64,000 nt of DNA from Mantamonas sphyraenae STR306. Taxonomy: Eukaryota > Protista > CRuMs. Location: contig JAPMXV010000069.1 in NCBI GenBank assembly GCA_026936335.1, forward strand, positions 124,001 to 188,000, read 5' to 3'. The position numbers and the translations under genes were made by a program. Shown here one piece after another: positions 35,401-47,442 of the stretch (within the stretch, counting starts at the first letter, position 1; each line of letters starts with the position of its first letter). The notes beneath the pieces were generated by a model. That model made no database searches and was not told the origin of the DNA. It saw nothing but the letters and a program-made list of their open reading frames with translations.

Positions 35401-37716
35401 GACGCATTGGCTTGCACAAACTTGTGAAGGAAGGAGAGCGCCTGCGCGGTGGCCGGGTTGCTTGCGGTCAGCGGCGAGGGCGCAAAGTAGGCTCGCTGCA
35501 CGTCGGTGTCCTCCGTCACGCTGGCCATCGTGTCCATGTACGTGATGAGTGCGTTGAGATTCTTGACAATGAACGTGGACATGCCCGGCATGGTGTCCTC
35601 CTTGGTGGTGAAGGAGATGCGCGAGCTCAGATTCTGCAAACTCTTGCCCACCAGAAGCAGGGCACGTTTCGCCTCGGCGCTGACGGGCGACGTGTACATG
35701 CCGTACGCTTGCGGCGTGACAATGGCCGGATTGAAAAACTTCATCAGCAGGAACGAGCCCGTGCCCATCCACCTGCGCTCTGGAAACTTGGCCCGCACCG
35801 CTTGCATGATTTCCCTGCACACCAGCCGTACGTTGACCGGACAATACTTAACCGAGTCCACGATGCTGTCGATGAAGGCCTGCGACAGGTTCATCAGGTT
35901 TTCAATGTTTTCGTCCAGGTCCTCGTTGCGCTCCAGCAGTTCCGGGTTCACCTCCACATGCGGTGGATCCAAGCAGATGGCTGTGATGAGGTCGCCCACG
36001 GTGTGCTGCAAGTACCGCTTGCCCATCAGCGACAGGTAAAAGCTGATGATCTTGCTGGGGAACGAATTGCCCATGAACAGCGCGTTGGGTTCGGTCACGC
36101 GCTTCACCTCCTCCTCAATGAGGCGTCGGATCAGATACACACCACGTCCTTTGCTCTCAAATGCAATCACCAGAGCCTGGGCCACCTGTTCACGTTGCGA
36201 CGTTTCCACCAGGTCCGCAACCCCGCTTGTCAGCAGCATCTTCTCCTCATACAAAATCTGTGGGAACATGGTGCCAGACGTGACGTCACCATGCATGCGC
36301 GCACGACCCGGTGAGTATTCGTGTGTGTCAGTGTGGGTCCCAGGTCAGGTCAGGAAGGAAAATGGCGCGACGGCGGTGATGATGATCTCGACGAAAGCAC
36401 AGCAAAAAAATACTGGAAAAAAAACGTACGTCAAACAGCTCCACGTCGTGGTGCCGTGTTGAGCCCACGGCGTTGGTGTTGTCACGTAGGCGTTCCACCA
36501 AATCTTTGAGCCGTTCACGTGTGCCTGGCGACATGGCCTGCTGGCGTTCTCGGTCACGATCACGCAAGCCAATGTTCACGCTGGCTCTGTTGGCCAGCGA
36601 CTTTAGGGTCATGATGGTCTGTGAACGTGCTGCACGCACGCCTCCAATGACACCTCGACCCTGTTCGTGCGCAGGAGCAGCCGGTGCATTGTTGGCTGCG
36701 TCCTCCTCCGCGTGCTCGTCGCCGCTTCCCCCTCCACTTCCGCCGCTGGTACTTGTTGTGCTGCTGCTGTTGCTGCTGCCAGCCCCGACTGCCGAGTCGC
36801 CGCGCGAGGAGTTTGTGTTCCACACGTCGCCGGACAGCTGAAAGGCGCTGTGACGTGAAGAGTACTTGTGCGAGTAGCCGACGTCTGTGGTGCTGCGTTC
36901 GCGTCCGGCAATGCGTCCGCCCGGTGAGCCTGCACTCTTGTTGCGCTTCAGCACACGCACTGTCGATTCCAGTTCGTTGTATCCGGAGCCTGTGTAGTCC
37001 ATGGGACCAAAGATGTCCTCGGGAAACGCGTTCTTCAGCTCCTCCGCAGAGATCTTTTTCTTTTTGCTCTTGGCCTTCAACGTGCGTCCCCTTGCCTTTC
37101 CCGAGCCGCCCGATCCGTCGATTCGAATGGCCTTGCCCTGCGGATCCGACAGTCGCTTGCGTGCACGTGCGTCCATGGAGCGTCGCTTATGCCTGTCCGA
37201 CGACTTGGACCGTTTGCCTCCACGAGCCTTTTTGGTGCGAGTTTCTTCCCTGCTCCGCCGTGCCTCTTCCTCCCCTTCTGCCACTGTCTGCGTCCGCTGG
37301 TTGGTAACCACCCGTGTGGACGGGTCCTCTGCAGACGACGACGCCGTGGACGCCGTCTCCTTGTCCGTGGGGGCGTCTGCTTGCGACTGCCCGTCCCTCT
37401 CGTCCTCCTCGTCCACCTCCTCCTCTTCTTCGTCATCGTCGTCCTCCTCACCCATTGTCTCTGATGTCCCCAATATCCTCCTTCGCGACGTGTCTTTGCC
37501 CATCACTGCATGTGGGCTGGCCGTGGACGACGCAGACACCGGCGCAGCCGTCAGTGTGGCCGCCGCCCTGCCTTCAGGTTCGTCCACCTCTTCCTCTTCC
37601 TCTTCCTCATCTTCATCCGCCTCGTCGTCCTCCTCCTCTTCCTCGTCCTCATCCGCCTCCTCCTCTTCTTCTTCCACATCCTCCAACACGGGGACCTCGT
37701 CTTCCTCCTGCATCAT
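32475..37716 (-). CDS. RasGAP protein with three tandem RasGAP domains and an acidic low-complexity N-terminus; intron 36258-36429
   Basis: Three copies of EV...LF[R/M]xN...F[L/M][R/K]F.xP.I..P...K.LQ; GTACGT...CCCACAG phase-0 join of ORFs 36328..37797 and 32475..36296. Confidence 0.88.
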
Positions 37717-37832
37717 CGTCCGTCGTGCTGCGTTTTGTTGGCTGGCTGCCTGGAGCTTGAACCACAGCACCTTGCTCTGCATCCACAACCCCATCACTCA
37801 CCCCTCCATGTCCATGGGCTTCTCCTGAGCAC

Positions 37833-40800
37833 ATGGAAGCGACACAGGCTGGACATGGAAGAACGATTGAATGCAGAATGCGATGGCGCTCGAAGCGCGA
37901 GCCAAACAAAAGCGGGCTGCCCCTTTTCCCATCAACCACGGCTGCCCTCGACGATCCTCGACACAGCAATCCAATGCGACGGCCACAACAGCAACGGTCG
38001 ACGTCGTCGCCGAGTCTAATGACGGCAGACGCAGAGAGCGCACGGATGCGAGCGAGTGGAGCCAACGTCCGCGGTGAATCGCCCGCTGCCGGGACCCGTC
38101 CCGGAGGCTCGACACAGCCTACGGGGGCATCCCCGTATCTGTCAACGATGCGACGCAACCAATCGCTGTCATCGCAGATCATGCTACGCAGTGCGCGACG
38201 AAGTGTCGACGACGAGGCGCAGCTGGAGCCGCCGACTCCCACCACCCACTCGCCGCAGTTTGTGGACACCCTGGCGTTGCAATTGTCCAAAGAGCAGCGG
38301 CTGGTGCACTCGAACAGTGCGGAGCGGGCGCGCGATCACACAAGACCGCTGGAGGAGTTGATGAGCCACAGCGTGTCGGGCCAATCCGAGGCAAGCGGCG
38401 AACGGCAACTTTGGGCGGCCGCCTCGCGGCCTCGCCAAAAACGCATCTGGAGCCTGCGGGCGCGGACGGCGCATCGTCGTGGATGAGCGCAGAATTAAGT
38501 GCATCGGAGATGATGCAAGCCTCGGAAGATATGCACGGAGGCGGGTATCTGGGTGCGTTGAAGCCGTGGGTGCTCACGTTTGCGAACGAACCGCTTCTGG
38601 AAAACGGGTTTCGGCGTGGCTTCTTGCAAGCGGCGGCTTTTCCGCGGCGATACTACTTTGCGATGACCTGTTTGATGCTGGTGCTGGTGGAGTTGGTTCA
38701 CTTTGCATCGGGTGGAGTCACCCTGCGGGGTGCTCCGAGTTTGGAACCTGTGACGCCGGAAGTGCGTGCCCTGGGCAGCGGTTCCATGTTTGCCGCAACC
38801 CTGGTGGCCATGATGCTCAACGCACGCTGGACAGACGACATGGTTGCTGGCACACGGTCGGCTGTGTATGTACAAACGCTGTTGCAGGTCCATGGAGTCA
38901 CGCTCATGCTCATTGCCGCCGCTGTGGAGGCCTCGGTTCCCTACAGCAACTATTATCTCATTGTCAACTCGGTGATGTACTTTGGGCTGATTTGCACGTC
39001 GGGACTGGTGTTTACGGCGCTGTTGCCTGTAGTGGTGGTGGCTGTGGTGGCAAACGGCCTGTCGACGCTGGTGACGGTGTTGATGGTGGCCCCTGGCTTT
39101 GTGTTTGGCTGGGTGTTCCACCTGTCCATCCTGGCCGCGTGCACAGTGTACTTGGTGGCCACGGAGCGTGGAGCACGCCACCACGTGTTGGCATTCCGAC
39201 TGAAGTACCTGTGGCATCTGAGCATCCAACAGCAGCGCAGGATGACGCACCGGCTGCTGGTGAGCAACGTGATGGAATCGGTGCAAGAGGTACCTTCAGA
39301 GTGGCACCAGGGACTGCTCAACAAGTGGAGCAGCACCAAAGAAGCCACGGTGATGGTGGTGCACATTGAGCACGACATGGACATAGCCAACCCGCGCTAC
39401 ATGAGGCACCTTAGTGTGATGCTGGGCAGACTCGCTCACCTGGGACGCATGCACCACGTGTATCGCACACGTGTGCTGGGTTCCACCGTGGTCTTTGCCT
39501 GCGGTGTAGTCCAACCCCAGCTGGACCACGCTGCTTCCTGCGTCCTGGCAGCCTCCGCCATGCAGGGCACCATGCAGCGCTACATGGCCGCACGCTCCCA
39601 GAAATCCAGCAGGAACCACAACACCAACAAGGCCTCGGGTGGCAGCTGCGGCTGCGTGGGTGACGACCGGTGTGAGCTGCACGGTGGCGCCGACGATTTT
39701 CTCCTTCCCGAGGTGCAGCTGCGTATTGCGGTGGCATCGGGCACGGTGCATCACATCCTGTCTGGACGAGCGCTTGTCGACTTTGGGATCTACGGTGACA
39801 CGGTGGAGGCCAGCCATGCGTTGGCTGTCCATGTGCCTGTGGGTGCCATCTACTGCACCGAGAGCACGTACACGCGTGCCGCGTACGCCTTTGAGTTTGA
39901 TCCCGTGGAGGGAGAGGCGTCCACTGCGGTGGGTATGCCTGTGTACTCTGTGATTGACGCACCGGACACCTCCACCGAGGAATTGCCAACGAGCAACGCA
40001 AACACAACCCTGCAATCGGTGGGCAGCGTGGGGAGCGCCCCAGCGCCCGTGTCACCCCTCACCAATTCGTTTCCGTTTTCCGACGAGGTTCAGCACACGG
40101 TGCTGGACACCATGGAGCCCGTGTTGCTGGCGGCCCCCCACAACGCAGGCCCTTCCAACAGCCCCTCCTCGACGACTGTCGCCGCCCCCGGCTTGGCAGG
40201 TGCCAATGGAAATGGAGCCACAGGATATGGCGGCAGCGAAACAGACAACAGCATCGGTGGCACGGGTGGCGGAGGCGCGAGGCGGACAAGTGCACACGCG
40301 CAACCTCGTGATCCGGCCGAGGGGATGCACATTGGCCCTGTGGCATGATGCCCATCATGCACAGTGGCGACGGACAGGACGACACGCCGTCTGGGTACGA
40401 AGACGCATCAGAGATGGTGAAGCCCGGGTCGAACAAGGCGTCGTTGGAGCAGCTGCTGGCGTTGGCGGATAGGTACAAGCCGAGCAAGTCGTTTGTGCCC
40501 AGTGCGCTGTCGTCACGTGCCGGGTTTATGTCGAGGTCCAGTGGCCTGTCTGCCAGCGAGCTGTGGACGCGTGCGCTGGCGGCAGATTCGTCGAATCACA
40601 GGTCTGCGAGCGGGACTGGTTCGAGCGCACCCAAGCAAGGGTTCAATTCTACCATCAATCTGATGCCTTCAGCGTCACAGAACCAAGTGATGCCTGCGTC
40701 GTACATGCTGTCGGCGTCCGCGAATGGGCGTGGAGGCGGCGCACGTGGAGGCGGAAGCGGCGTGGACACACACACAGGTGGCGGAGGAGGATCAGACGTT

Positions 40801-42159
40801 TTCAATCCATTGGTGCGGTCCTCGTCGTCGACGACGACGTACAATCGATTGACGCTGGAGTTTAGTGACCGTCTGCTGGAGCACGCATTTGTGGAGCGTG
40901 TGCTGATTCGTTTCCGCGGGTCGATCCGGCAGCAGATGGTGTACACGGTGTGCCTGCAGTTGCTGGCCGAATTGACAGAGTGGGGACTGTACTCCAGCCC
41001 GTCCTATCCGCTGCTGTTTGATCGCAGCGCGGTGTGGACGATGCGTGCGCTGCTGCTGGTGATGTCCATGTTCACGGGTTATCGCTTTGCCACGATGCGG
41101 CCGGAAATCAACAGCCGCGCATGGCAGCGGCAGGCGACTGTGTTTGCGGTGACCGTGCTCTTCTTGCACCTCATCATCATTGTGGTGTTTGACTCGGCCG
41201 CGTACATGCTGTCCTATTGCGGCACGATTGTGCAGCTGACCATGGGTTGGCTGCTGCCATTCCGGTTCGTACCATGGACGGTGGGTGTGTTTTCTACTGC
41301 GTCGGTGGCTGTCCTACTTGCATTCCACGTCACCCCCACCAAATGGTCCTACCTGAACGTCGGCCCGCTCATCGTGGTCATCAGCCTCATTGCCGCCCTC
41401 TTCCGCTACTTCAACGAACGCGAACACAGGGTGCGATTTGTGGAGTCCCACATCCTGGACCTGGAACGTGAGCGAGAGGAGCGCAAGCGGGCCAACATGG
41501 AGTTTGGGGCGACGCAGATGGTTCTGCCACGCGTCTGGTTGACCCTGCGCTCGCATCGAATGTGCACAGGGGTCTACTACCGGGACAGAGAGTTGATGGT
41601 GGCTGCAGTGAGGCCGCGAGTGGTGGATGAGGCAGGAAAGGAGGTGCGTACGTGGCTGGAGGAACGATGGCCGAAGGTGCTGGACGTGATCATGGACGTG
41701 GTGCGACGGCAAGGCACGCAGTCGCCACACAGGGCCGACGTGGCTGTGGTGACAGCCATGGAAGGCAGCGTACTGCTGGCACGAGAGATGGAAGCGGAGA
41801 ACGAGCGGGCGGTGTTTGATCTGCCGCAAATTGTCCTTGATTTGCAAGAAGTGCTGAGCCACGTGAACGCGCAGTCGACAGGGACACACCGAATTGATCT
41901 GGAGGTGGGCATCGATGTGGGCGAGGCGGTGATGGGAGTGGCGTTGCAGCAGGAGGACACATGCGTGGTGCTGGACGGCCCTGTGCGCAATTCGGCAACC
42001 AGCCTTTTGGCACCCGGGCTGAATATTTCCCAGCGCGTGCGCGACATGCTGGGTGACCATGTGCACGTGACGCAGGGCGCTCGTTTGGACGTGTGGCAGA
42101 TGTTGCATCGTCGTGAGGCGTGCGACAGCGTACAGTGCGCAGGGTTGGGCTCTTCATGA
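37833..42159 (+). CDS. Degenerate membrane class III nucleotidyl cyclase-like protein (6TM-C1-6TM-C2); frame breaks near 38440 and 40340
   Basis: LTFANEPLLENGF and LTLEFSDRLLEHAF pre-TM motifs; two about-6-TM blocks; LRIAVASGTV...FGIYGDTV and LEVGIDVGEAVMGV...LDGPV cyclase-like cores. Confidence 0.72.
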
Positions 42160-42614
42160 AGAAAGAAGGATTTGAGGGACGTTCTGGGGCGAAAAAAGAC
42201 GTGGAGGAGCCACGTCCGCGGAAAGTAAACCTCAATCACACATTGCTCCTTGGTTCGTTTGTGGGTTGGTGTGATGTAGCAGATGCATAGTCGCAGATGC
42301 ACTCTTCTGGAGCCACGGTGGTTCGGACGAACCCTCTGGATGCGCGCGCGCTGTGAGCTGCAACCGAATGTCTTCGCCTGTGGAGCAGATTTCGCGCAAG
42401 ATGGCAGATACTCACCTTGGACAAGGAGGGGTAAGTTGATTTGGTCGAAAGTGGTGTTGCGGGAGGTGGTTGGAGGTGCGACGTCACGGGAGGGAAAGTG
42501 GGCGGGAGGTGCACGCTTTTTCGGCCCAGCTGGCGACGGCCCGTGGCGGCGATGGAAGGGCGGTGGAGAGGTTTGAACGGGGCACCAGACGGGAAGAGAA
42601 GATGCTGACACGCT

Positions 42615-44187
42615 GTGGGTGTGTTTCATGTCCAGTCTCTGCTGGAAAGTGCGACTTCCGTGAAGCGGCGAAAAATGCCAGGAGGGCAGGAGCGCGTCAT
42701 TGCGGACAAAGACCTGCAGAAGGACTTTGACCGCAAGGGCCTGGCCTTGCAAGGTTATTCTCAGAATGCCTGGCACGATGAACGAGGCCTGGAGGGGTAT
42801 ATGGATGAAGAAAACGCGCGCGAGAACGAAACCCTGGAATATGCCCAAATATGCACAAGGCCGTTCGTTCTCCGGCCGCAAACCCAGCGGGCGCGCGGCC
42901 AGTGTGTCTGCAACAGGACTCATGGACACCAAACGCGTCATCCTTGAGGTTGTGTCGAGCCACGACGACGATGAGGATGAATTGGAAGACGACGAAGTCG
43001 AGCGCAGCAGCACTCGCCGCGGGACCCTCTCGCGTCATCGATCCATGCCCATGCTGGGCCGGCACCGCAGATTCGACTCGGGGGACATGGAGGATTTGGA
43101 CGAACAAGCGGCCGCACTCTCCAAGTCGTCCCAGGCCAATGGCAAGGGCAAGGCAAGCAGCTCCACACGTGGCTCGAAACGCCCTTTTATCAACTTGGAG
43201 CGCGAGGCAGAGACAATGGTAGGTGAAGGGGCGGAGTACGTGCATGGAGAGAGTGGTTGGGCAGGGTACGAGACGAAGCTGCTTGTGTGAAGATGGGTGT
43301 CGAGCGGGAAGGGTGCGAAAAAGTCATCGGGAATGTTTTGCGCGACACGATTTATTGCGGAGGAAAAGTCTCCGTACACGAATTTCTGTTAACACCTCCG
43401 GCACGCACAGATCACCCTGGAGATGGTTGCCAACAGGGCACGATCGGGCCAATTGTTTATGCCACAGCCGTGGAAGACGACGTGTGACGGAGACGGAGTG
43501 CGTCTCCTGCAATCACACTCGATGCCAAACTTGGAAGAAATGGAAGCCGGCGCGGGCTCGAGCGCAGGAAGCTCTCCCACGTGGGGTTGGATGCGTGGGG
43601 AGTCGCGAGGCGAGTCTGGACGCACGTCGGGAAGTGGGTCGCGTGTGTCGCGTGCGTCGTCCGTGGGGGTGACGGTGGAGTCGAGTGCCGACGAGGTGCA
43701 AGTGCGTCCAAGGAGAGCACGCACGAGCCATGGCACGGGCAAAAAGAGCAGCAGGATGTCGGAACGGCCTCAGACGGCCCCCGAGGCTCAGCGAAGAGCA
43801 AAGGAAGACATGTCGTTGGAAGTGCGAGGCACCAGCGTGGCCAGGCTGCAGGTGGATGCGAAACTGCGCGAGGCAAAGGGTAAAGGTCGCGTGCGGCCAA
43901 ACAGCGGTGGAGGTGGGATTGCTCCAGGGCGCTTCTCTTCATTGTCGAATGGTGCTGGGGAGCGCCACTCGAGCCTGAGCCGGTCGAGCTCGCAAGGAGA
44001 TTTGTTGATAATTGATGAAGGCATGAGCGAGGATCTGGAGTGGGGTTTGTCGTCGCCAAAGTTGAGGGCAATGGCACAATCGGCGCACGACTTTTCGCCG
44101 ATTGGCGAAGGGCAAGCAAGCAAGACGGCGTCGAGAGAGGACGCAGAAGCCATGCCCAGTTTTTCGCTCGAGAAGATTGATGAATGA
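42615..44187 (+). CDS. Hypothetical Ser/Arg-rich low-complexity protein; exon structure unresolved
   Basis: Consecutive coding-like ORFs 42615..42947, 42700..43290 and 43423..44187, with a candidate GTAGGT donor near 43218. Confidence 0.4.
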
Positions 44188-44233
44188 AGCGAGCCGTGTT
44201 GTGCCAAATTTTGTCCATTGAAGCGGGTTTGCG

Positions 44234-47200
44234 TCAGCCACTGCCACTGCCACTACTGCTGGAAGAGGAAGAAGTCGATGTGAGCACGATGCGCCTCTTC
44301 TTCTTTTTCTTCGGGGAGGGCTGCTTGGCGCCGATACGGCGACTGCTGGAGCGGAATCCTCCGTGTTGCAGAATTTCCACGCCGAGCTGACCACTCCACG
44401 AGTTGATGTCATCCCGCAGGGCTGTGCTTGTGCAGAGGCCTCCTGCGCGTCGAGGTCGTTGAGGAGGTCGTGCAGAAAGGCAGAGAGGGCGGTACGGGAG
44501 ACGTCCCAGGCCTCGTTGGACTCGTGCGCACGCCACTCGATGCACACGGTGAGCAGGTCACGCATGTGTTTGGACGAGGCTCGCATGGCACGCGTATGCT
44601 CCGATGCCAAGCCTTGGCAGACGCGCCTGCGCATGTGTTTGGCGCACTGGCGACGAAGCGAAAACCAAGTGCGCAATGGCCAGTACGCATCGCCGGCGTG
44701 GTCGTCCGGGTTCCCCATGGCTGGCCTTAGGGAGGCAAGCACCAAGGGAAGCTGCTTGACGGCGGTGCCAACCGCCCACACGGGCAGCTGGTTGACTTGG
44801 GTGTCCAGAAACTGAAGCAGAGAGTGCAACATGTCCAACGCATGGCTGGGTCCGGCACGATGGGCCGAGGCGAGTAGACGATCCAAAGCGCGGTGTGCGT
44901 CGTCGTTGGCCTGCATGCGTGCGGTCAGGGCGTCCATGACGCGAGGGAGACTGTCAGCATCAGCCAACAGGGCGGCAAGTTCGACGGCATCCATGGAGCA
45001 ATTGGGAGCGAGGAGCGGGTCGACGTCTCCAAATGCATGGGCAAAGGCAGCGAGAGCAGCCTTGTCACGCTGTAGCAGGAGGACATAGGCCAGAGAGAGC
45101 ATGGGGGCGAGCTCGGGGTCATCTGTTTGGCGCAGGGCATAGTGAAGGACACGCGCGAGGGAGGCCTGATGGGATGCAGATGAGGTGCACTGCATGAGAC
45201 GCACGGTCATGGAACGAACGAGTGCGGTGTGGCCCTGCTGGACGAGTGCATCCATGCAGGTGCTGAGAGTGGCCTCGTCGGTCAGCCAAGTGGCATCGAG
45301 GAGGGTGAGACACTGCTGTGCAAGAGCAAAGGGACATTGTTGCAGTTGTTCGCGTGCAGAGAGGGCCCGTGCGGCATACACATCGGCGTGTGCCGACGCC
45401 TGCGTGGTGAGCTCCAGATTCAGGGCGGCCACCACAAAGCAACGCAGCACGTGGACGTCCTGCAGGTCCTGCTTGCGACTGGCCACAGTCTCCCAATCCA
45501 ACTGCCCTGTGTTTGCATGCACAAAGGCATCTCCTTCCACCTCCCCGGAGCGTCTGTGTTTCTTGGCCACTGGGCTGTGCAGCCATGCCACAGCCGTGTG
45601 GACATGGCTCTGCAACACAGGCAGCCACGCAGAAGCAGGCAGCCGTTGCTGCACACGTTTGCACAATCGATGCACAGGCACAGCAAATGTCGGTGTGATT
45701 TCTCCAGAGCTGGTCGTCGTGCTGGCCGTCGTAGTCATACCACTGCTGCTGCTGCTGCTGCTGCTGCTGCTTCCAGACGTGGATGTGGCTTCGTTAAAGA
45801 GGCGTGCGTCGAGGGAGGAGTCGTCGAGGCCGGCCAGAAGGGGAAGATCGTGGAAGAGGGGAACGAGGTCGACCGAATCCGGAGCGTGGCGGAGGACAAT
45901 GCGGATGGCCAGGTGATGGTGGGGAGGACGGAGGGCGTAGGCTTGGGCAGCATCGATCCATCGAGAGTGGGGATGGCCAGTGGAGAGCAGGAGCCGCAGA
46001 GCCAGGTCGTACAGAGGCGGGCTGGGCACCCATGCGTCCAGAACGGTGTCGACAAACTCGGCGAGGACGGCATCATCGCCATCAATGGGCAGTGACTGTA
46101 CAAAGGGTTTGTGTGTGGCCAGGGCAGTGTGGAGCTCGCTGACGTCGTCGGTGTTGTGTTTGAGCAGTGTGTTTACAAACAGGTGCCGAAACACGGCGGT
46201 GTTGAGTGTTTGGGTGTCCAAACCCAACTGCACGGCCGTGGCAGGCGACAGACGCACACGACAGGCCACAGCGTCGGGACTGTGGCCTGCGGCAAGCATC
46301 CGTCTGGCCATAGCAACCGCGTGGGGCGATTCTGCAGGCAGCAAATCCAGCAGTGACAACGACTGAGAGTGGTGAGCCAGGTCGACGGGGTCTTGGGCTT
46401 GGGCGAGGATGGTGCGCATCCACACGGTGGCCTTTCTGCGCACAGATCCGTGCGCACTGTCAAGGAGCGCCTCGGCCAGACACAGGTCGGTCTGTGAGGT
46501 GGCTGCGGCATCTGTGGGCAGTGCATTCATGCACAAAGTGCCTGCGGGCAGTGAGCGCTGCATGGAGCGCAGGCAGGAGTGGGAGGCCAACGAGGAGGCG
46601 GGCTGGTTGCGCAGAACGCTCAGGACACACAGGGAGACGTCATGGGCTCGTTGGTAGCCACTGCACGCAATCAACGACTGTACGAGAGACGAGGGGTCGT
46701 CCAATTGAGGGTGGTGCTGCACCACGGCGTCCAGGGCCGGGGCAAGGGTGTCACCGAGGGCTAGTGGACGCCACTGTGCCAGGGTGGAGAGGATGGGTGC
46801 AGCATGCGAGGGACACAAGTCGCGTAGAGTGGAAACCATGGCAGGGGAGAGCGAAGGAAAGCGACCGAGCAGGGGGAGCGTGGGCAGCAGCAAGTCCGGG
46901 GCCGCGTACAACGACGCCGCAAGCTCCACGAGCGCTGTGGGCTGCTCCAGAACAAACACCCGGTTGAGAATGGCCTCCATCAATTCCAATGGTGGCTCTT
47001 TGGCGTCAGGGAGCAGCGACATTAGCCTCACGACCGTCTGCAACTGCACGGACGGCGTCGGATGATCAAGCAAGGCTCGGACGGTGTCGTTCAGCTCGGG
47101 CGTCTGGACAGACGACAGAAGCTCAGCAGGCTGCGCTGGAAGAGGAGCAGAGTCAGTGTCGGACAAGTTGGGCACCCCTGAAGATGCCGCAGAGGTCGCG

Positions 47201-47373
47201 TCGTCCTGGTAGGAAGGAGAGGAGCTGGAGCGATTGCCTCTGCTACTGCTGCTGCTGCTTTCCGACGTGCTGTACCGTCGCACCATGTCCTCGAGCATCA
47301 TGTCACGCTCCTGGGCCTGCTTTTGGGCAAGAGAGGCCAAGGAGGCGGACATGGAGGAGACGTCGAGATCCAT
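44234..47373 (-). CDS. Large alpha-solenoid protein, possibly a highly divergent FANCI; probable frame break near the 3' end giving a C-terminal NLS
   Basis: Leu-rich helical ORF; PTALVELAASL and DDPSSLVQSLIACS weakly resemble the FANCI N-terminus; the alternative frame ends PSPKKKKKRR and avoids overlap with the convergent gene. Confidence 0.45.
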
Positions 47374-47442
47374 ACTGTAGGCGGGGCGGTTGGTTGCGCA
47401 GCGCGCACGCTGCCAAAACAGCTTCCATCCTCATTGTTGGCC

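Noticed and set aside
42160-42620. Longest unexplained spacer as a possible ncRNA or mobile element
   Set aside because: No recognisable tRNA or snRNA motifs, terminal repeats or transposase; it may be UTR or an unresolved 5' exon/intron.
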